From assembly GCA_963676565.1 (NCBI GenBank), contig OY781089.1, positions 3,232,001 through 3,296,000 on the forward strand: 64,000 bases of DNA, read 5' to 3'. A program made the translations under genes and the position numbers. Under the pieces are notes generated by a model. That model had not been told where the DNA came from. It saw only the letters and a list, made by a program, of their open reading frames with translations, and searched no databases. Positions 1 to 10,497 of the stretch are shown here, in pieces; position 1 is the stretch's first letter; every line of letters begins with the position of its first letter. The DNA comes from Halarcobacter sp. Lineage in GTDB: Bacteria > Campylobacterota > Campylobacteria > Campylobacterales > Arcobacteraceae.

Positions 1-159
1 AATACTAATAGTATAAAACTTTGTATTAGGGTTTAAAAACTCATCCTTTAAACTTATTTGATTAGAAGTTTTATCCTCTACATATACAATGTCATCTTCC
101 ATTGCAGCATTTAAATTTAGAAAAAGTAAAAAAGATAAAAAGATAATTTTATAAATCAA
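1..159 (-). CDS. 5' part of a probable secreted protein (runs off the window edge)
   Basis: TTG start at 159 preceded by AGGG; open frame LIYKIIFLSFLLFLNLNAAMEDDIVYVEDK... with a signal-peptide-like N-terminus. Confidence 0.6.
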   Translation of the reverse strand, partial: MIYKIIFLSFLLFLNLNAAMEDDIVYVEDKTSNQISLKDEFLNPNTKFYTISI

Positions 160-259
160 TACGCCCTACTTTTGTTGTTGATATAAGATAGATTTTAGCT
201 AAATATAATTTAAACAAGAATTTAAAAGCTAATAGAGAGTAAGTAGTGGGAATTTAAAT

Positions 260-295
260 AAAAAAAAGGGACATGCAAAATGCACACCCCTTTTT
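260..295 (-). terminator. Rho-independent terminator ending the fusA 3' UTR
   Basis: minus strand: AAAAAGGGGTGTGCA-TTT-TGCATGTCCC followed by T8. Confidence 0.75.
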
Positions 296-319
296 ATCTA
301 AAGAAAAGTTAATCTAATA

Positions 320-541
320 CTATTAGTTCTGACATTTACCGTTTAATTACGAAATCATAGATTTCTATTAAACAAGGTAAATCTCGTTAATCACTAAAGA
401 AGTGAAGAATTTCACTTCTTTTCTACGCTATTAGTTCAGACATTTGTCGTTTAATTACGAAATCATAGATTTCTATTAAACATGACAAATCTCGTTAATA
501 GCTATAAAAGCCAAGCAGTTGGCTTTTATTTTACGCTATTA
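320..541. repeat. Two tandem 108-bp structured repeats (conserved long hairpin plus variable short hairpin)
   Basis: units start CTATTA at 320 and 428, with a third CTATTA at 536; about 70 nt near-identical; compensatory ACC/GGT vs GTC/GAC changes. Confidence 0.9.
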
Positions 542-2647
542 ACCATTTCTCTTTTTGATGATTTCGTCAGAAACGTTTTTAGGAACTTCCATGTATTGAT
601 CAAATAACATAGAATAAGTTGCTCTACCTTGAGACATAGATCTTAAGTCTGTAGAATAACCGAACATTTCAGATAATGGAATTAATGCAGTAACTAATTT
701 AACACCAGCTCTGTCATCCATTGATTGAACTTGTCCTCTTCTTTTGTTACAGTCACCAATTACATCTCCCATATATTCTTCAGGAGTTTCAATTTCAACT
801 TTCATCATTGGCTCTAAGATTACAGCTTGCGCAGCTGCAGATCTACAACCTTGTTTGAATCCCATAGAAGCAGCTAATTTAAACGCCATTTCAGATGAGT
901 CAACGTCGTGGTAAGAACCATCATAAAGTGTAACTTCAATATTAACCATTGGATATCCAGCTAAGATACCACCAGCCATTGCTTCTTCACAACCTTTTTG
1001 TACTGCAGGGATATATTCTTTTGGTACAACCCCACCTTTAATATCATTATTAAATTTGAAATTGTCTTCAGAATCTGCTGGAAGTGGATTGATTTTTAAG
1101 TATACATGACCATATTGACCTTTACCACCAGATTGTTTAGCATATTTGTACTCTTGATCAACAGCATTTTTAATAGTTTCTCTATATGCAACTTGTGGAG
1201 CACCAACTTCAGCTTCAACTTTAAATTCTCTTTTCATTCTATCTACAAGAATTTCAAGGTGTAACTCACCCATTCCTGAAATAATAGTTTGACCAGATTC
1301 TTCATCAGTATTTACTCTAAATGATGGATCTTCTTCAGCTAATTTACCTAATGCGATACCCATTTTCTCTTGGTCAGCTTTTGTTTTTGGCTCAACTGCA
1401 ACAGAGATAACTGGTTCTGGGAACTCCATTCTTTCTAAGATAACTGGATCTTTTTCAGATGCTAAAGTATCTCCTGTAATAGTTGTTTTAAGACCAACAA
1501 CTGCACCGATTTCACCAGCATATAACTCACTTACTTCTTCTCTATTGTTAGAGTGCATTTTAAGTAATCTACCGATTCTTTCTTTTTTCATTTTAGTTGA
1601 GTTCATTACATAAGTACCAGACTGTAATTGTCCTCTATAAACTCTTGTAAATGTTAATTGTCCAACAAATGGGTCAGTCATAATTTTGAATGCTAATGCA
1701 GCCACTTCACCTTCATCAGAAGAAGGAACAATAACAGCTTCACCATCTTGAGTTTCACCTCTAATATCAGCAACTTCTGTTGGAGCTGGTAAATACATTG
1801 CAACAGCATCAAGTAAAGTTTGAACACCTTTATTTTTAAATGCAGTACCACAAGTCATTGGAGTAATAGTCATAGCTAAAGTTGCAGCTTTTAATCCAGC
1901 AACAATCTCTTCTTCAGATAATTCACCCTCTTCAAAATATTTTTCCATTAATTCTTCAGAAGACTCAGCAGCAGCTTCAATCATTTTTTCTCTGTATTCT
2001 TCAGCTTGGTCTTGTAAATCAGCAGGAATATCTTCAACGTGGTAGTTAGAACCCATTGCAGCATCATCATCCCAAACGATAGCTTTCATTTGTACTAAAT
2101 CAACAATACCTTTGAAATCTTCTTCAGCACCAATTGGAATTTGAATTGGAACAGGATTAGCTTTTAATCTTTCCGCAACTTGTTTTTCAACCATAAAGAA
2201 ATCAGCACCAGTTCTGTCCATTTTGTTAACAAAAATCATTCTTGGTACTCTATACTTATTTGCTTGTCTCCAAACAGTTTCAGATTGTGGTTGAACCCCA
2301 CCAACTGAACAGAATACTGCTACAGCACCATCTAAAACCCTCATAGATCTTTCAACTTCAATTGTGAAGTCAACGTGACCTGGAGTGTCAATGATGTTAA
2401 TTTGCAGTTGCTCATTAGTTTTTGGGTGAGGCCAGTGACAAGTTGTCGCAGCAGAAGTAATTGTAATACCTCTTTCTTGCTCTTGCTCCATCCAGTCCAT
2501 TGTAGCAGCACCGTCGTGAACCTCACCAATTTTGTGAGATACACCAGTATAGAATAAAATTCTTTCAGTAGTTGTAGTTTTACCAGCATCGATGTGAGCA
2601 GCGATACCAATATTTCTAACTCTGTTAAGAGGGGTTTTTCTTGCCAT
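539..2647 (-). CDS. fusA: Elongation factor G
   Basis: [31 protein letters not shown] motifs; follows rpsL-rpsG. Confidence 0.99.
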   Translation of the reverse strand: MARKTPLNRVRNIGIAAHIDAGKTTTTERILFYTGVSHKIGEVHDGAATMDWMEQEQERGITITSAATTCHWPHPKTNEQLQINIIDTPGHVDFTIEVERSMRVLDGAVAVFCSVGGVQPQSETVWRQANKYRVPRMIFVNKMDRTGADFFMVEKQVAERLKANPVPIQIPIGAEEDFKGIVDLVQMKAIVWDDDAAMGSNYHVEDIPADLQDQAEEYREKMIEAAAESSEELMEKYFEEGELSEEEIVAGLKAATLAMTITPMTCGTAFKNKGVQTLLDAVAMYLPAPTEVADIRGETQDGEAVIVPSSDEGEVAALAFKIMTDPFVGQLTFTRVYRGQLQSGTYVMNSTKMKKERIGRLLKMHSNNREEVSELYAGEIGAVVGLKTTITGDTLASEKDPVILERMEFPEPVISVAVEPKTKADQEKMGIALGKLAEEDPSFRVNTDEESGQTIISGMGELHLEILVDRMKREFKVEAEVGAPQVAYRETIKNAVDQEYKYAKQSGGKGQYGHVYLKINPLPADSEDNFKFNNDIKGGVVPKEYIPAVQKGCEEAMAGGILAGYPMVNIEVTLYDGSYHDVDSSEMAFKLAASMGFKQGCRSAAAQAVILEPMMKVEIETPEEYMGDVIGDCNKRRGQVQSMDDRAGVKLVTALIPLSEMFGYSTDLRSMSQGRATYSMLFDQYMEVPKNVSDEIIKKRNG

Positions 2648-2683
2648 CTTAAATTTTCCTTTTAAATTTTTAAATTTTGCGAG

Positions 2684-2730
2684 ATTATATCTAAAACTAG
2701 ATAAAAAAAAAGGGTGTTAGACACCCTTCC
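2684..2730 (-). promoter_or_regulatory. Terminator after rpsG followed by a -10 box (TATAAT) upstream of fusA
   Basis: minus: AGGGTGT-CTA-ACACCCT plus T-run at 2703-2730; TATAAT at 2689-2684. Confidence 0.6.
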
Positions 2731-2759
2731 TTATGTGATTGAAAATAATTACAGTTTGA

Positions 2760-3239
<480 letters not shown>

Positions 3240-3243
3240 CTAC

Positions 3244-3618
3244 TTATTTCTTAGGTCTTTTAGTACCATATTTAGATCTTGCAACAGTTCTGTTTGCAAC
3301 ACCAGCTGTATCTAATGCACCTCTTACGATGTGATATTTAACACCAGGTAAATCCTTAACTCTTCCCCCTCTAACTAACACGATAGAGTGTTCTTGAAGG
3401 TTATGACCCTCACCACCGATATATGAGATAACCTCAAAACCTGTAGTTAATCTAACTTTTGCAACTTTTCTTAAAGCCGAGTTTGGTTTCTTTGGAGTAG
3501 TAGTATATACTCTTGTACATACACCTCTTCTTTGTGGACATTTTTCTAATGCAGGTGATTTAGATTTTTTGATCACCTTTTTTCGCTCTTTTCTAACAAG
3601 CTGATTAATAGTAGGCAT
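3244..3618 (-). CDS. rpsL: 30S ribosomal protein S12
   Basis: [29 protein letters not shown]. Confidence 0.99.
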   Translation of the reverse strand: MPTINQLVRKERKKVIKKSKSPALEKCPQRRGVCTRVYTTTPKKPNSALRKVAKVRLTTGFEVISYIGGEGHNLQEHSIVLVRGGRVKDLPGVKYHIVRGALDTAGVANRTVARSKYGTKRPKK

Positions 3619-3637
3619 TCTTTCCCTTTATTTTTTT

Positions 3638-3811
3638 TATAGAGATCTAGTAAAATTGTTGAATCATTATAGATTCTCTATTTTCGTGGTTTGAGCTTTA
3701 AAGCGGCTCATGCTTCTCGTTACGTCCCAATGACGCCATGACATATGACAAGAGTCATAATCAAAACGATACTACCATTCTAGAGAAACGTTGAGTTGTT
3801 TTCTAAAAAAG
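3638..3811 (-). ncRNA. Candidate structured 5' leader or sRNA upstream of rpsL
   Basis: TATAAT at 3823-3818; relatively GC-rich non-coding stretch with several nested helices. Confidence 0.45.
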
Positions 3812-3835
3812 TTTTGGATTATACTTAATATAAAC

Positions 3836-4600
3836 TTAAATATGACTTAGATTGTCTGTGAAAACTCCTTTTACACCCCAAGAGAAGAGTTCATCTTTTC
3901 TCTTTTCATCATTTACTGTAAATACACAAGTATAAATGCCATGTTCTAATAGTTCTTGAACTAATTCTTCTTCAACAATTTCATCACTACAATGAAAAGC
4001 ATCTATATTATGTTTTAATAAAAATTCCAATAAATAGATTGAATTTACATCTTCACATAAAAAAGCTTTTTTAATATGTTTATATTTTTTATTTAATTGA
4101 ATGATATATTCTGAAACAAAAGATGAAACTATCACACTTTTAGACATCTTACACTCATCTATTATTTTAACAATTTTTTTAACGGCTTTTTTGTGAAAAG
4201 GATTTAATGTTAAATCTTTGATTTCAATATTTACATAAACTTCTTTTTTCTTACAAAAAATTAGAACCTCTTCTAATGTAGAGATTCTTTGTAATTTTAA
4301 ATTTTTATCAAACCATGAAGAAAAATCCAATTGCTTTAATTCTTCAAAAGTAAACTCATCTATATGGGAATCTTTTTTTAAAGGAAATATCTCTTCAACA
4401 TTAGATGTTCTTAAAAGGGTATCATCATGTATTACAACAGCAACTCCATCTTTTGAAAAAGCAACATCAAGTTCAATCATCTTTGTTTTTTTAATTGCTT
4501 TTTTAAAAGCAATCATAGTATTTTCTGGGTAAAGAGAACTAAAACCTCTATGTGCTATTTGGATATCTTGATTATTTTCATAGAAACTAAAACTATTCAT
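3836..4600 (-). CDS. Glycerophosphodiester phosphodiesterase (GDPD, UgpQ/GlpQ family)
   Basis: IAHRG..YPENT, IELDV..SKDG..VVIHD, NIEIK, VFTD motifs. Confidence 0.92.
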   Translation of the reverse strand: MNSFSFYENNQDIQIAHRGFSSLYPENTMIAFKKAIKKTKMIELDVAFSKDGVAVVIHDDTLLRTSNVEEIFPLKKDSHIDEFTFEELKQLDFSSWFDKNLKLQRISTLEEVLIFCKKKEVYVNIEIKDLTLNPFHKKAVKKIVKIIDECKMSKSVIVSSFVSEYIIQLNKKYKHIKKAFLCEDVNSIYLLEFLLKHNIDAFHCSDEIVEEELVQELLEHGIYTCVFTVNDEKRKDELFSWGVKGVFTDNLSHI

Positions 4601-5455
4601 TTATTTCCCTTTTTTTGAAAATATTAAATTAAAAAATGCGATTATTGAAGTGCAAATAATCAATAAAAATGAGATTGAATTTATTATTGGTGTACTTCCA
4701 TCTCTTACTTGAAGATACAAGTTTATTGGTAAAGTTGTATCTGAACCTATTAAAAATAAAGTTGTATTAAAGTTTTCAAAACTCATTAAAAAGGCAACTG
4801 CCCCTGCTCCTATAAGTGCAGGTTTTAAAAAAGGTAAAACTATATAAAAGATAGTTTGAGGCATACTCGCACCTAGATTTAAGGAAGCTTCTTCCAAACA
4901 TACATCAAATTTTTTAAGTCGTGCTGAAACCACAAGTAATACAAAAGTTGTAATAAAAGAAAATTGTCCAATAACTACAAGCCAAAAACTTGGTCTTAAA
5001 ATTTCTAAATCTATTCCAAAGTTATTATCTAAATAAAGTCCTAAATCATTTACTGTAACTAAAAGTGATATACCTAAAATAACACCTGGAATAACTAATG
5101 GGGTTAAAGCTAAAAAATATAAAGCTTGTTTAAATTTAAACTCTTTTCTTTCAAAAATTAAAGCTGCATATGTTCCTACAAGCAAAGAAAATATAGTAAC
5201 AAAAAATGCAGTTTTTAAACTGTTGTAAATACTTGTAAGGTTTTCACTATCATTAAATATCCCTACTCTTTGAGAATTATTAGCAATAAACCAATCTAAA
5301 GTAAATCCATTCCAAGGAAGTGAAGGGAAATTTGAATCATTAAAAGCAAAAACACAAGTTACAACTAAAGGTGCAAATAAAAAAAGAAAAAACAATACTA
5401 CATAAACTCTAAAAGCAATAGTATAAAATGAAGACTTAGGAAGTGTTCTAATCAT
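4601..5455 (-). CDS. ABC permease, PotC family
   Basis: multi-TM; EAA loop LEEASLNLGAS; TLPINLY. Confidence 0.9.
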   Translation of the reverse strand: MIRTLPKSSFYTIAFRVYVVLFFLFLFAPLVVTCVFAFNDSNFPSLPWNGFTLDWFIANNSQRVGIFNDSENLTSIYNSLKTAFFVTIFSLLVGTYAALIFERKEFKFKQALYFLALTPLVIPGVILGISLLVTVNDLGLYLDNNFGIDLEILRPSFWLVVIGQFSFITTFVLLVVSARLKKFDVCLEEASLNLGASMPQTIFYIVLPFLKPALIGAGAVAFLMSFENFNTTLFLIGSDTTLPINLYLQVRDGSTPIINSISFLLIICTSIIAFFNLIFSKKGK

Positions 5456-6315
5456 CTTAAAGCCTTTGAAAGAGATTGTTTACTTAGTTTTAATGCTATA
5501 AAAATAATAAGTGAAGATAAAACCAAAAGTAAAAAGCCAAAGGCAGAACCTTGGTTCCAATTAAAGCTTGAGATAAACTGATTATAGATTTGTTCTGTAA
5601 ACCATAAAGAGTTTTTTCCACCAATTAAATTTGGAGTTAAATAGTTTCCTAAAGTTAGCATAAAAACAACAATTGAACCAGATACAATACCACTTGAAGC
5701 ATAAGGGATAATGATTTTAAAAAAGATTGTAAACTTTGAAGCTCCTAAGTCATAAGCTGCTTCAATATATGAATCATCCATCCCTTCTAAAGCTGACATT
5801 ATAGGAACAACCATAAAAAGCATAGAGGTATAAATTAGTCCCATAATCATGCTAATATCGTTGTATAAAAACTCAATACCTTTTGAAGTTAGACCAAAAT
5901 ATTGTAAAAAGAAATTTATAACTCCACTCTCTCTTAGAAGAATAGTCCAACCATAAACCCGAACCAATTCACTAACCCAAAAAGGAAGAAGCAATAATAT
6001 AGATAAAAAAAGAGCATACCTTTTATCTACTATTTTAGTGATATAAAATGCAACAGGAAAAGTAACTACAAGAGTTAAAAAAGTTACAAATATAGCATAA
6101 GAGGCCGTTCTAATAAAAGTATACCAATAAACTTCATTATTAAAAAACTCTTTATAGTTTGCAAAAGACCAAACTATATCACCCAAATCATCTTCAGTTT
6201 GAAAAGACATAAGTAGAAGTTCAAACTGGGGCATAACTATAAGTAAAAAAAGCCATAACAAAACTGGTAAAAGTAGTAGATATATTCCTAGTTGTACTCT
6301 TGTGTCTTTAAACAT
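5452..6315 (-). CDS. ABC permease, PotB family
   Basis: LPFWVSELVRVYGW, IEAAYDLGAS. Confidence 0.9.
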   Translation of the reverse strand: MFKDTRVQLGIYLLLLPVLLWLFLLIVMPQFELLLMSFQTEDDLGDIVWSFANYKEFFNNEVYWYTFIRTASYAIFVTFLTLVVTFPVAFYITKIVDKRYALFLSILLLLPFWVSELVRVYGWTILLRESGVINFFLQYFGLTSKGIEFLYNDISMIMGLIYTSMLFMVVPIMSALEGMDDSYIEAAYDLGASKFTIFFKIIIPYASSGIVSGSIVVFMLTLGNYLTPNLIGGKNSLWFTEQIYNQFISSFNWNQGSAFGFLLLVLSSLIIFIALKLSKQSLSKALR

Positions 6316-7370
6316 TATTTAAAAACCTTACAATCTTTTTTACTAACCCCTACTTTGATTTTATGCCCTATTTTTATTTGTTTAAACTGTTCATTTTGAG
6401 GTAAGGAAATCATTAACTCTTTATTATTTGGTAAAGTTGCTAATAGTTTAGTATTTGAACCATCAAAAAGTATATTTATAATATCAACTTCAAAACTATT
6501 TATATCTTTTATATCTTCACTTGGATTTATTATAATAGCTTCTGGCCTTATAAATAAAGAGCAAGTATCAGTTACTTCATCAATAAAAATGGAGTGAAAC
6601 TCTAGATCATCACTTTTTACTTTTTCATTTGAAATCTTTGTTGATTCTAAAATATTTGTTTCACCAACAAAAGAGGCTACAAAAGCTGTTTTTGGATTTG
6701 CGTATAGATTTTGAGGAGTATCTATTTGTTCAAATACTCCTTGATTCATAACAGCAACTCTATCACTCATAACTAAAGCTTCAGATTGATCATGGGTGAT
6801 ATAGATAAAAGTTGTTCCAAACTCATCTTGAAGTTTTTTTAGCTCAATTTTCATTGATTCCCTAAGCTTTAAATCTAAAGCTCCTAAAGGCTCATCTAAG
6901 AGTAATATTGATGGTTCTAGTATCAAAGACCTTGCAATTGCAACTCTTTGCTTCTGACCACCTGATAAAGATGAAACATCTTTTTTCTCATATCCACTTA
7001 AATGAACTTTTTCTAAAATCTCTTTAACTTTTTTTTCAATCTCATCTTTTGCTACTTTTCTTCTTTTTAATCCAAATGCAATATTTTCATAAACATTCAT
7101 CATAGGGAAAAGTGCCAAATTTTGAAAAACTAAATTAACGGGTCTTTTATTAGCAGGAATCCCTCTCATTGATTTTTTGTTTATAAAAATCTCACCAGAA
7201 GTTTGTTCTATAAAACCAGAAATCATTCGAAGTAAAGTTGTTTTGCCACAGCCTGAAGGACCTAAAATAGAAAAAAATTCACCTTTTTTTACTTGGAGAT
7301 TAATCTCTTTTACTGCAAGGTGGTCTGCGAATTGTTTCCGCAGACTCCTAATATCTAATATATCCATCAA
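6315..7370 (-). CDS. ABC ATPase, PotA family, with C-terminal TOBE-like domain
   Basis: GPSGCGKT, LSGGQKQR, LLLDEPLGALDLKLR. Confidence 0.93.
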   Translation of the reverse strand: MMDILDIRSLRKQFADHLAVKEINLQVKKGEFFSILGPSGCGKTTLLRMISGFIEQTSGEIFINKKSMRGIPANKRPVNLVFQNLALFPMMNVYENIAFGLKRRKVAKDEIEKKVKEILEKVHLSGYEKKDVSSLSGGQKQRVAIARSLILEPSILLLDEPLGALDLKLRESMKIELKKLQDEFGTTFIYITHDQSEALVMSDRVAVMNQGVFEQIDTPQNLYANPKTAFVASFVGETNILESTKISNEKVKSDDLEFHSIFIDEVTDTCSLFIRPEAIIINPSEDIKDINSFEVDIINILFDGSNTKLLATLPNNKELMISLPQNEQFKQIKIGHKIKVGVSKKDCKVFK

Positions 7371-7371
7371 A

Positions 7372-8436
7372 TTATTTTGAAGCTTTAACTTTATCTAAAA
7401 GTTTACCTTCAATAGACTCTAATTTTGCTGGCACTGGTGGATACCAATTAATCTTATCAATATCAGCTTTTGTAAATGATCTTTCAAAATTATCTTTAAT
7501 CTCTTTATCTAAAAATTTATTTGCACCATTTGAAGCAGTTCCATATCCCTCTTTATTTGTGAAATATGCTGCATTTTCTGGCTCTAACATAAAGTTAATC
7601 CAAGCATAAGCACCTTTTATATTTTTAGCTTTTGCAGGAATTGCAAATGTATCAATCCAACCTAAAGCTCCACTTTTTGGTGCAACAAAATCTAAATCAG
7701 GATTTTCTTTATGTAATTTCCATCCACCATTGTCCCATCCCATAGCTACAACAACTTCACCAGATCTTAATAATTCTAATAATGAATCTCCATTTGACCA
7801 ATAGTTTTTAACATAAGGTTTAGCTTTGATTAAATCTCTTGCAACACCATCCATTAATGTTTTATACTCTTTTGCATCTGAATATTTTTCAAATGAATTT
7901 TCCCCTTTTGCAAATGCAACTCCAATTAAAGTTGGTCTTTTTAATCTATAAGAAATTTTTCCTGCATACTCTTTATCTAATAAAGCAGAATAATCTTTAG
8001 CATTTGGTGCTAGTTTTTTATTAACAATTAGACCTGAAGTTCCATAACAAAATGGAACTGCAAAGGAATCACCTTTAACCTTTGTGTTCTTTTTTACAGC
8101 ATCTAACATAGAAGTTACTAAAGCAGAAGTATTTATTTTTGAATAATCTATTGCTTTATAAATTTTGTATTTTTCTTGAACAGATGAAATTCTATCTTGG
8201 CTTGGTTGAGCTACATCAAAACCAGCACCTCTAGTTGCTCTTAATTTAGCAATCATCTCTTCATTATTTGAATAAGTAACTTCAACTTTATAACCTGTTT
8301 TTTTCTCAAACTTCTCAATAAGTTCATTAGGGGCATACCCCTTCCAAGTTAAAATTTTAAGTGTTTCTGCAGCATATGCACAACTTGATAAAGCCGATAG
8401 TGCTAAAGCACAAGATAAAACTAATTGTTTTTTCAT
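7372..8436 (-). CDS. Periplasmic binding protein, PotD-like fold
   Basis: signal peptide; TWKGY, SNNEEMIAKL, WIDTFAIP motifs. Confidence 0.88.
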   Translation of the reverse strand: MKKQLVLSCALALSALSSCAYAAETLKILTWKGYAPNELIEKFEKKTGYKVEVTYSNNEEMIAKLRATRGAGFDVAQPSQDRISSVQEKYKIYKAIDYSKINTSALVTSMLDAVKKNTKVKGDSFAVPFCYGTSGLIVNKKLAPNAKDYSALLDKEYAGKISYRLKRPTLIGVAFAKGENSFEKYSDAKEYKTLMDGVARDLIKAKPYVKNYWSNGDSLLELLRSGEVVVAMGWDNGGWKLHKENPDLDFVAPKSGALGWIDTFAIPAKAKNIKGAYAWINFMLEPENAAYFTNKEGYGTASNGANKFLDKEIKDNFERSFTKADIDKINWYPPVPAKLESIEGKLLDKVKASK

Positions 8437-8464
8437 TTTCTTTCCTTAAAAAATATTGGAAATT

Positions 8465-8498
8465 ATTTTACCACTTGGCTATTACGAATTAGTTACAA
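8465..8498 (-). promoter_or_regulatory. Extended -10 (TGgTAAAAT) with an 11-bp-period direct repeat TGTAAC/CGTAAT (Pho-box geometry)
   Basis: half-sites at 8497-8492 and 8486-8481 end 10 nt upstream of the -10 at 8470-8465. Confidence 0.5.
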
Positions 8499-8517
8499 TA
8501 TTTATTATTTTAAGAAG

Positions 8518-9585
8518 TTAATTTTGAGGTATAAAATACATAACAGTTTCATATATACCTTCCATGTAGTGTCTTAAATAAAGTTTGTAGTTAGGATTAA
8601 TATCCAATACAATTAGAGGTATTTTATACCAATCTTGAGCTTTATGATAAATGCAAATAGCTAAGATTGGGGTATATTTTTTTATAGTTTCTTTTGCTCC
8701 ACAAAGGGCATCTTGTTCAGCCCCTTCAATATCAAGTTTTATAAAATCAACTCTTTCTTTGATTAAATTATCAATAGTATCTATATTTATTGCTTGATAA
8801 TCATGTTGCCCATGATGTTTTTTTTCTTGTGATTCTTCTTTTTGAATTTTAATTTTTCCTAAACCACAATTTATAAATTCTATTTTTTCATTTGAAGAGA
8901 AATCTCTTTTTGCAATATCTATGTGCAACTCATTTGGTTCTATTGCATAAATCTTTTTAAAATCTGGAAAGTTTTTTATTATATTAGGTAGGGTATCGCC
9001 TACGTATGCACCACCATCTAAGAAAACAATATTTTTTATATTTGGGATTAATTCCTTATCAAAATATTGTTCATCATGGTTATTTGTAAAACCTTCCATA
9101 AAACCTAAATCAAAACTTAGTTTAAAATTAATTAGTTTTTCAAAAATCTTTTTTGATTTTTTATCCTCTAAACAATTATAAACCTCTTCATATCTTTTTT
9201 TATTGTTTTTATAATCTTCTTTAAAATCACAAATAAAAGGTGGTTCTTTTAAATCTAAATTAGAGTATTTAAAAAAAGCTAAGTAGTTAATATTTTCAAA
9301 GCTTTTTTTATCTAACTCATTTTTTACCTCAAGGGGACTTCCCATGGCAGTTGAGAGAATCAAAGCATCTTTTGGAACCTCATCAATATGTAAAATTGAT
9401 TTTTTTCTTGAGCTTTGAACCCTTGTAAAATCATCAATAATTCCATCAACTTTTACATATTTTTGAACACATTTAGTAAATTTATTAATACCTAGGATAT
9501 ATTTTTTTCTTGTAGTTGAGAAAAGAAACTCATTTACAAGTTTCTTATCTTTTTCGTTTACATAATCTAAGTTAATTAGATTCAT
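8518..9585 (-). CDS. FkbM-family methyltransferase
   Basis: FLDGGAYVGDT, IEPN, FIKLDIEGAE, ICIYH. Confidence 0.88.
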   Translation of the reverse strand: MNLINLDYVNEKDKKLVNEFLFSTTRKKYILGINKFTKCVQKYVKVDGIIDDFTRVQSSRKKSILHIDEVPKDALILSTAMGSPLEVKNELDKKSFENINYLAFFKYSNLDLKEPPFICDFKEDYKNNKKRYEEVYNCLEDKKSKKIFEKLINFKLSFDLGFMEGFTNNHDEQYFDKELIPNIKNIVFLDGGAYVGDTLPNIIKNFPDFKKIYAIEPNELHIDIAKRDFSSNEKIEFINCGLGKIKIQKEESQEKKHHGQHDYQAINIDTIDNLIKERVDFIKLDIEGAEQDALCGAKETIKKYTPILAICIYHKAQDWYKIPLIVLDINPNYKLYLRHYMEGIYETVMYFIPQN

Positions 9586-9586
9586 A

Positions 9587-10468
9587 TTAGATAATTAAGG
9601 ACTTCAAACTTTTTACTGTATATAGTTTTAAACCATTAGATTTTTCTGCTTTTAATTCATTTGAAAAACCTGCCTTTGAAAATAAAACTACATAATCTGG
9701 TGTGATTTCTAAATCTTCACAATAATCTTTTAATATACTTAATTCATTTTTTTTCATTTTTGAATTTGTATATCTACATGAACCAATAATAACTTTCCCA
9801 GAGCCAGTTTGAGCTAAAAGATTTATCTCATTCTTTTCCTCATCCCAATATCTTCCAATATCTTCAATCTCATCATCTTTAAAAGAAACTTTTATAAACT
9901 CATGGCTAAGTTGTTCAAATACTAAGGACATAAATTCATTTTGATAGTTATTGAACTTTTCAAATGACTCATCAAACTCACCCCTTGATATACCTCTATA
10001 AAGAGGAGATACAAAGGCAAACCAGAATCTTAAAAAAGGTGCAGTAAAAAGTAGTTTATCAGCAACATCATTTTCTTCAAAATTTTTAGTTAAAAAATCC
10101 ATTGAAGTTTCAGTTTGAATAATATTTAACTCTTCAAGTTCATAAATTGTTTCAATACCTTCATCATACTCAATATCTGCTCTTTTAAATGCTGAATTAA
10201 TTCTTCTATCACCTAAAGCAATTCCAGTTAAAATTTTATGGTAAGGTGCTTTGTTTTTTGTAAGTTTTTGAATATAGTCTTGAATCTCATAATATCTATC
10301 TAGTATATCTCTTTTTATTAAAGTTCTAAGAGGTTTTGTCATATCAATTTTAATATCAAGTCCACCAAAAACAGCAAAGTAATTTAGTGCTGTTTCCATA
10401 TCACTTGGTTTATTTGTTTCACAAAATATTTGAAACTGTTCTAATAGGGGTTTTTCATTAAGTATAAT
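9587..10468 (-). CDS. DUF234-containing protein (PD-(D/E)XK-like C-terminus); probable ATT start at 10468 (ORF track starts at 10399)
   Basis: YFAVFGG, PFLRFWFAFV, GRYWD..EI, LFSKAGFS; frame open for 23 codons upstream of the ATG; SD AAAGG 7 nt before ATT. Confidence 0.8.
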   Translation of the reverse strand: MILNEKPLLEQFQIFCETNKPSDMETALNYFAVFGGLDIKIDMTKPLRTLIKRDILDRYYEIQDYIQKLTKNKAPYHKILTGIALGDRRINSAFKRADIEYDEGIETIYELEELNIIQTETSMDFLTKNFEENDVADKLLFTAPFLRFWFAFVSPLYRGISRGEFDESFEKFNNYQNEFMSLVFEQLSHEFIKVSFKDDEIEDIGRYWDEEKNEINLLAQTGSGKVIIGSCRYTNSKMKKNELSILKDYCEDLEITPDYVVLFSKAGFSNELKAEKSNGLKLYTVKSLKSLII

Positions 10469-10497
10469 TGTAGAGCCTTTTTATTTTTTTGATTATA

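Noticed and set aside
160..538. Absence of tuf after fusA
   Set aside because: Normal for Campylobacterota, where tuf lies elsewhere.
320..541. CRISPR array interpretation of the constant-plus-variable repeat
   Set aside because: Only two units, the constant part (~70-80 nt) is too long, the variable parts are themselves hairpins, and there are no cas genes in the window.
3686..3777. tRNA in the rpsL leader (segment ends in ACCA)
   Set aside because: No 7-bp acceptor stem and no TTC-containing T-loop or D-loop in tRNA geometry.
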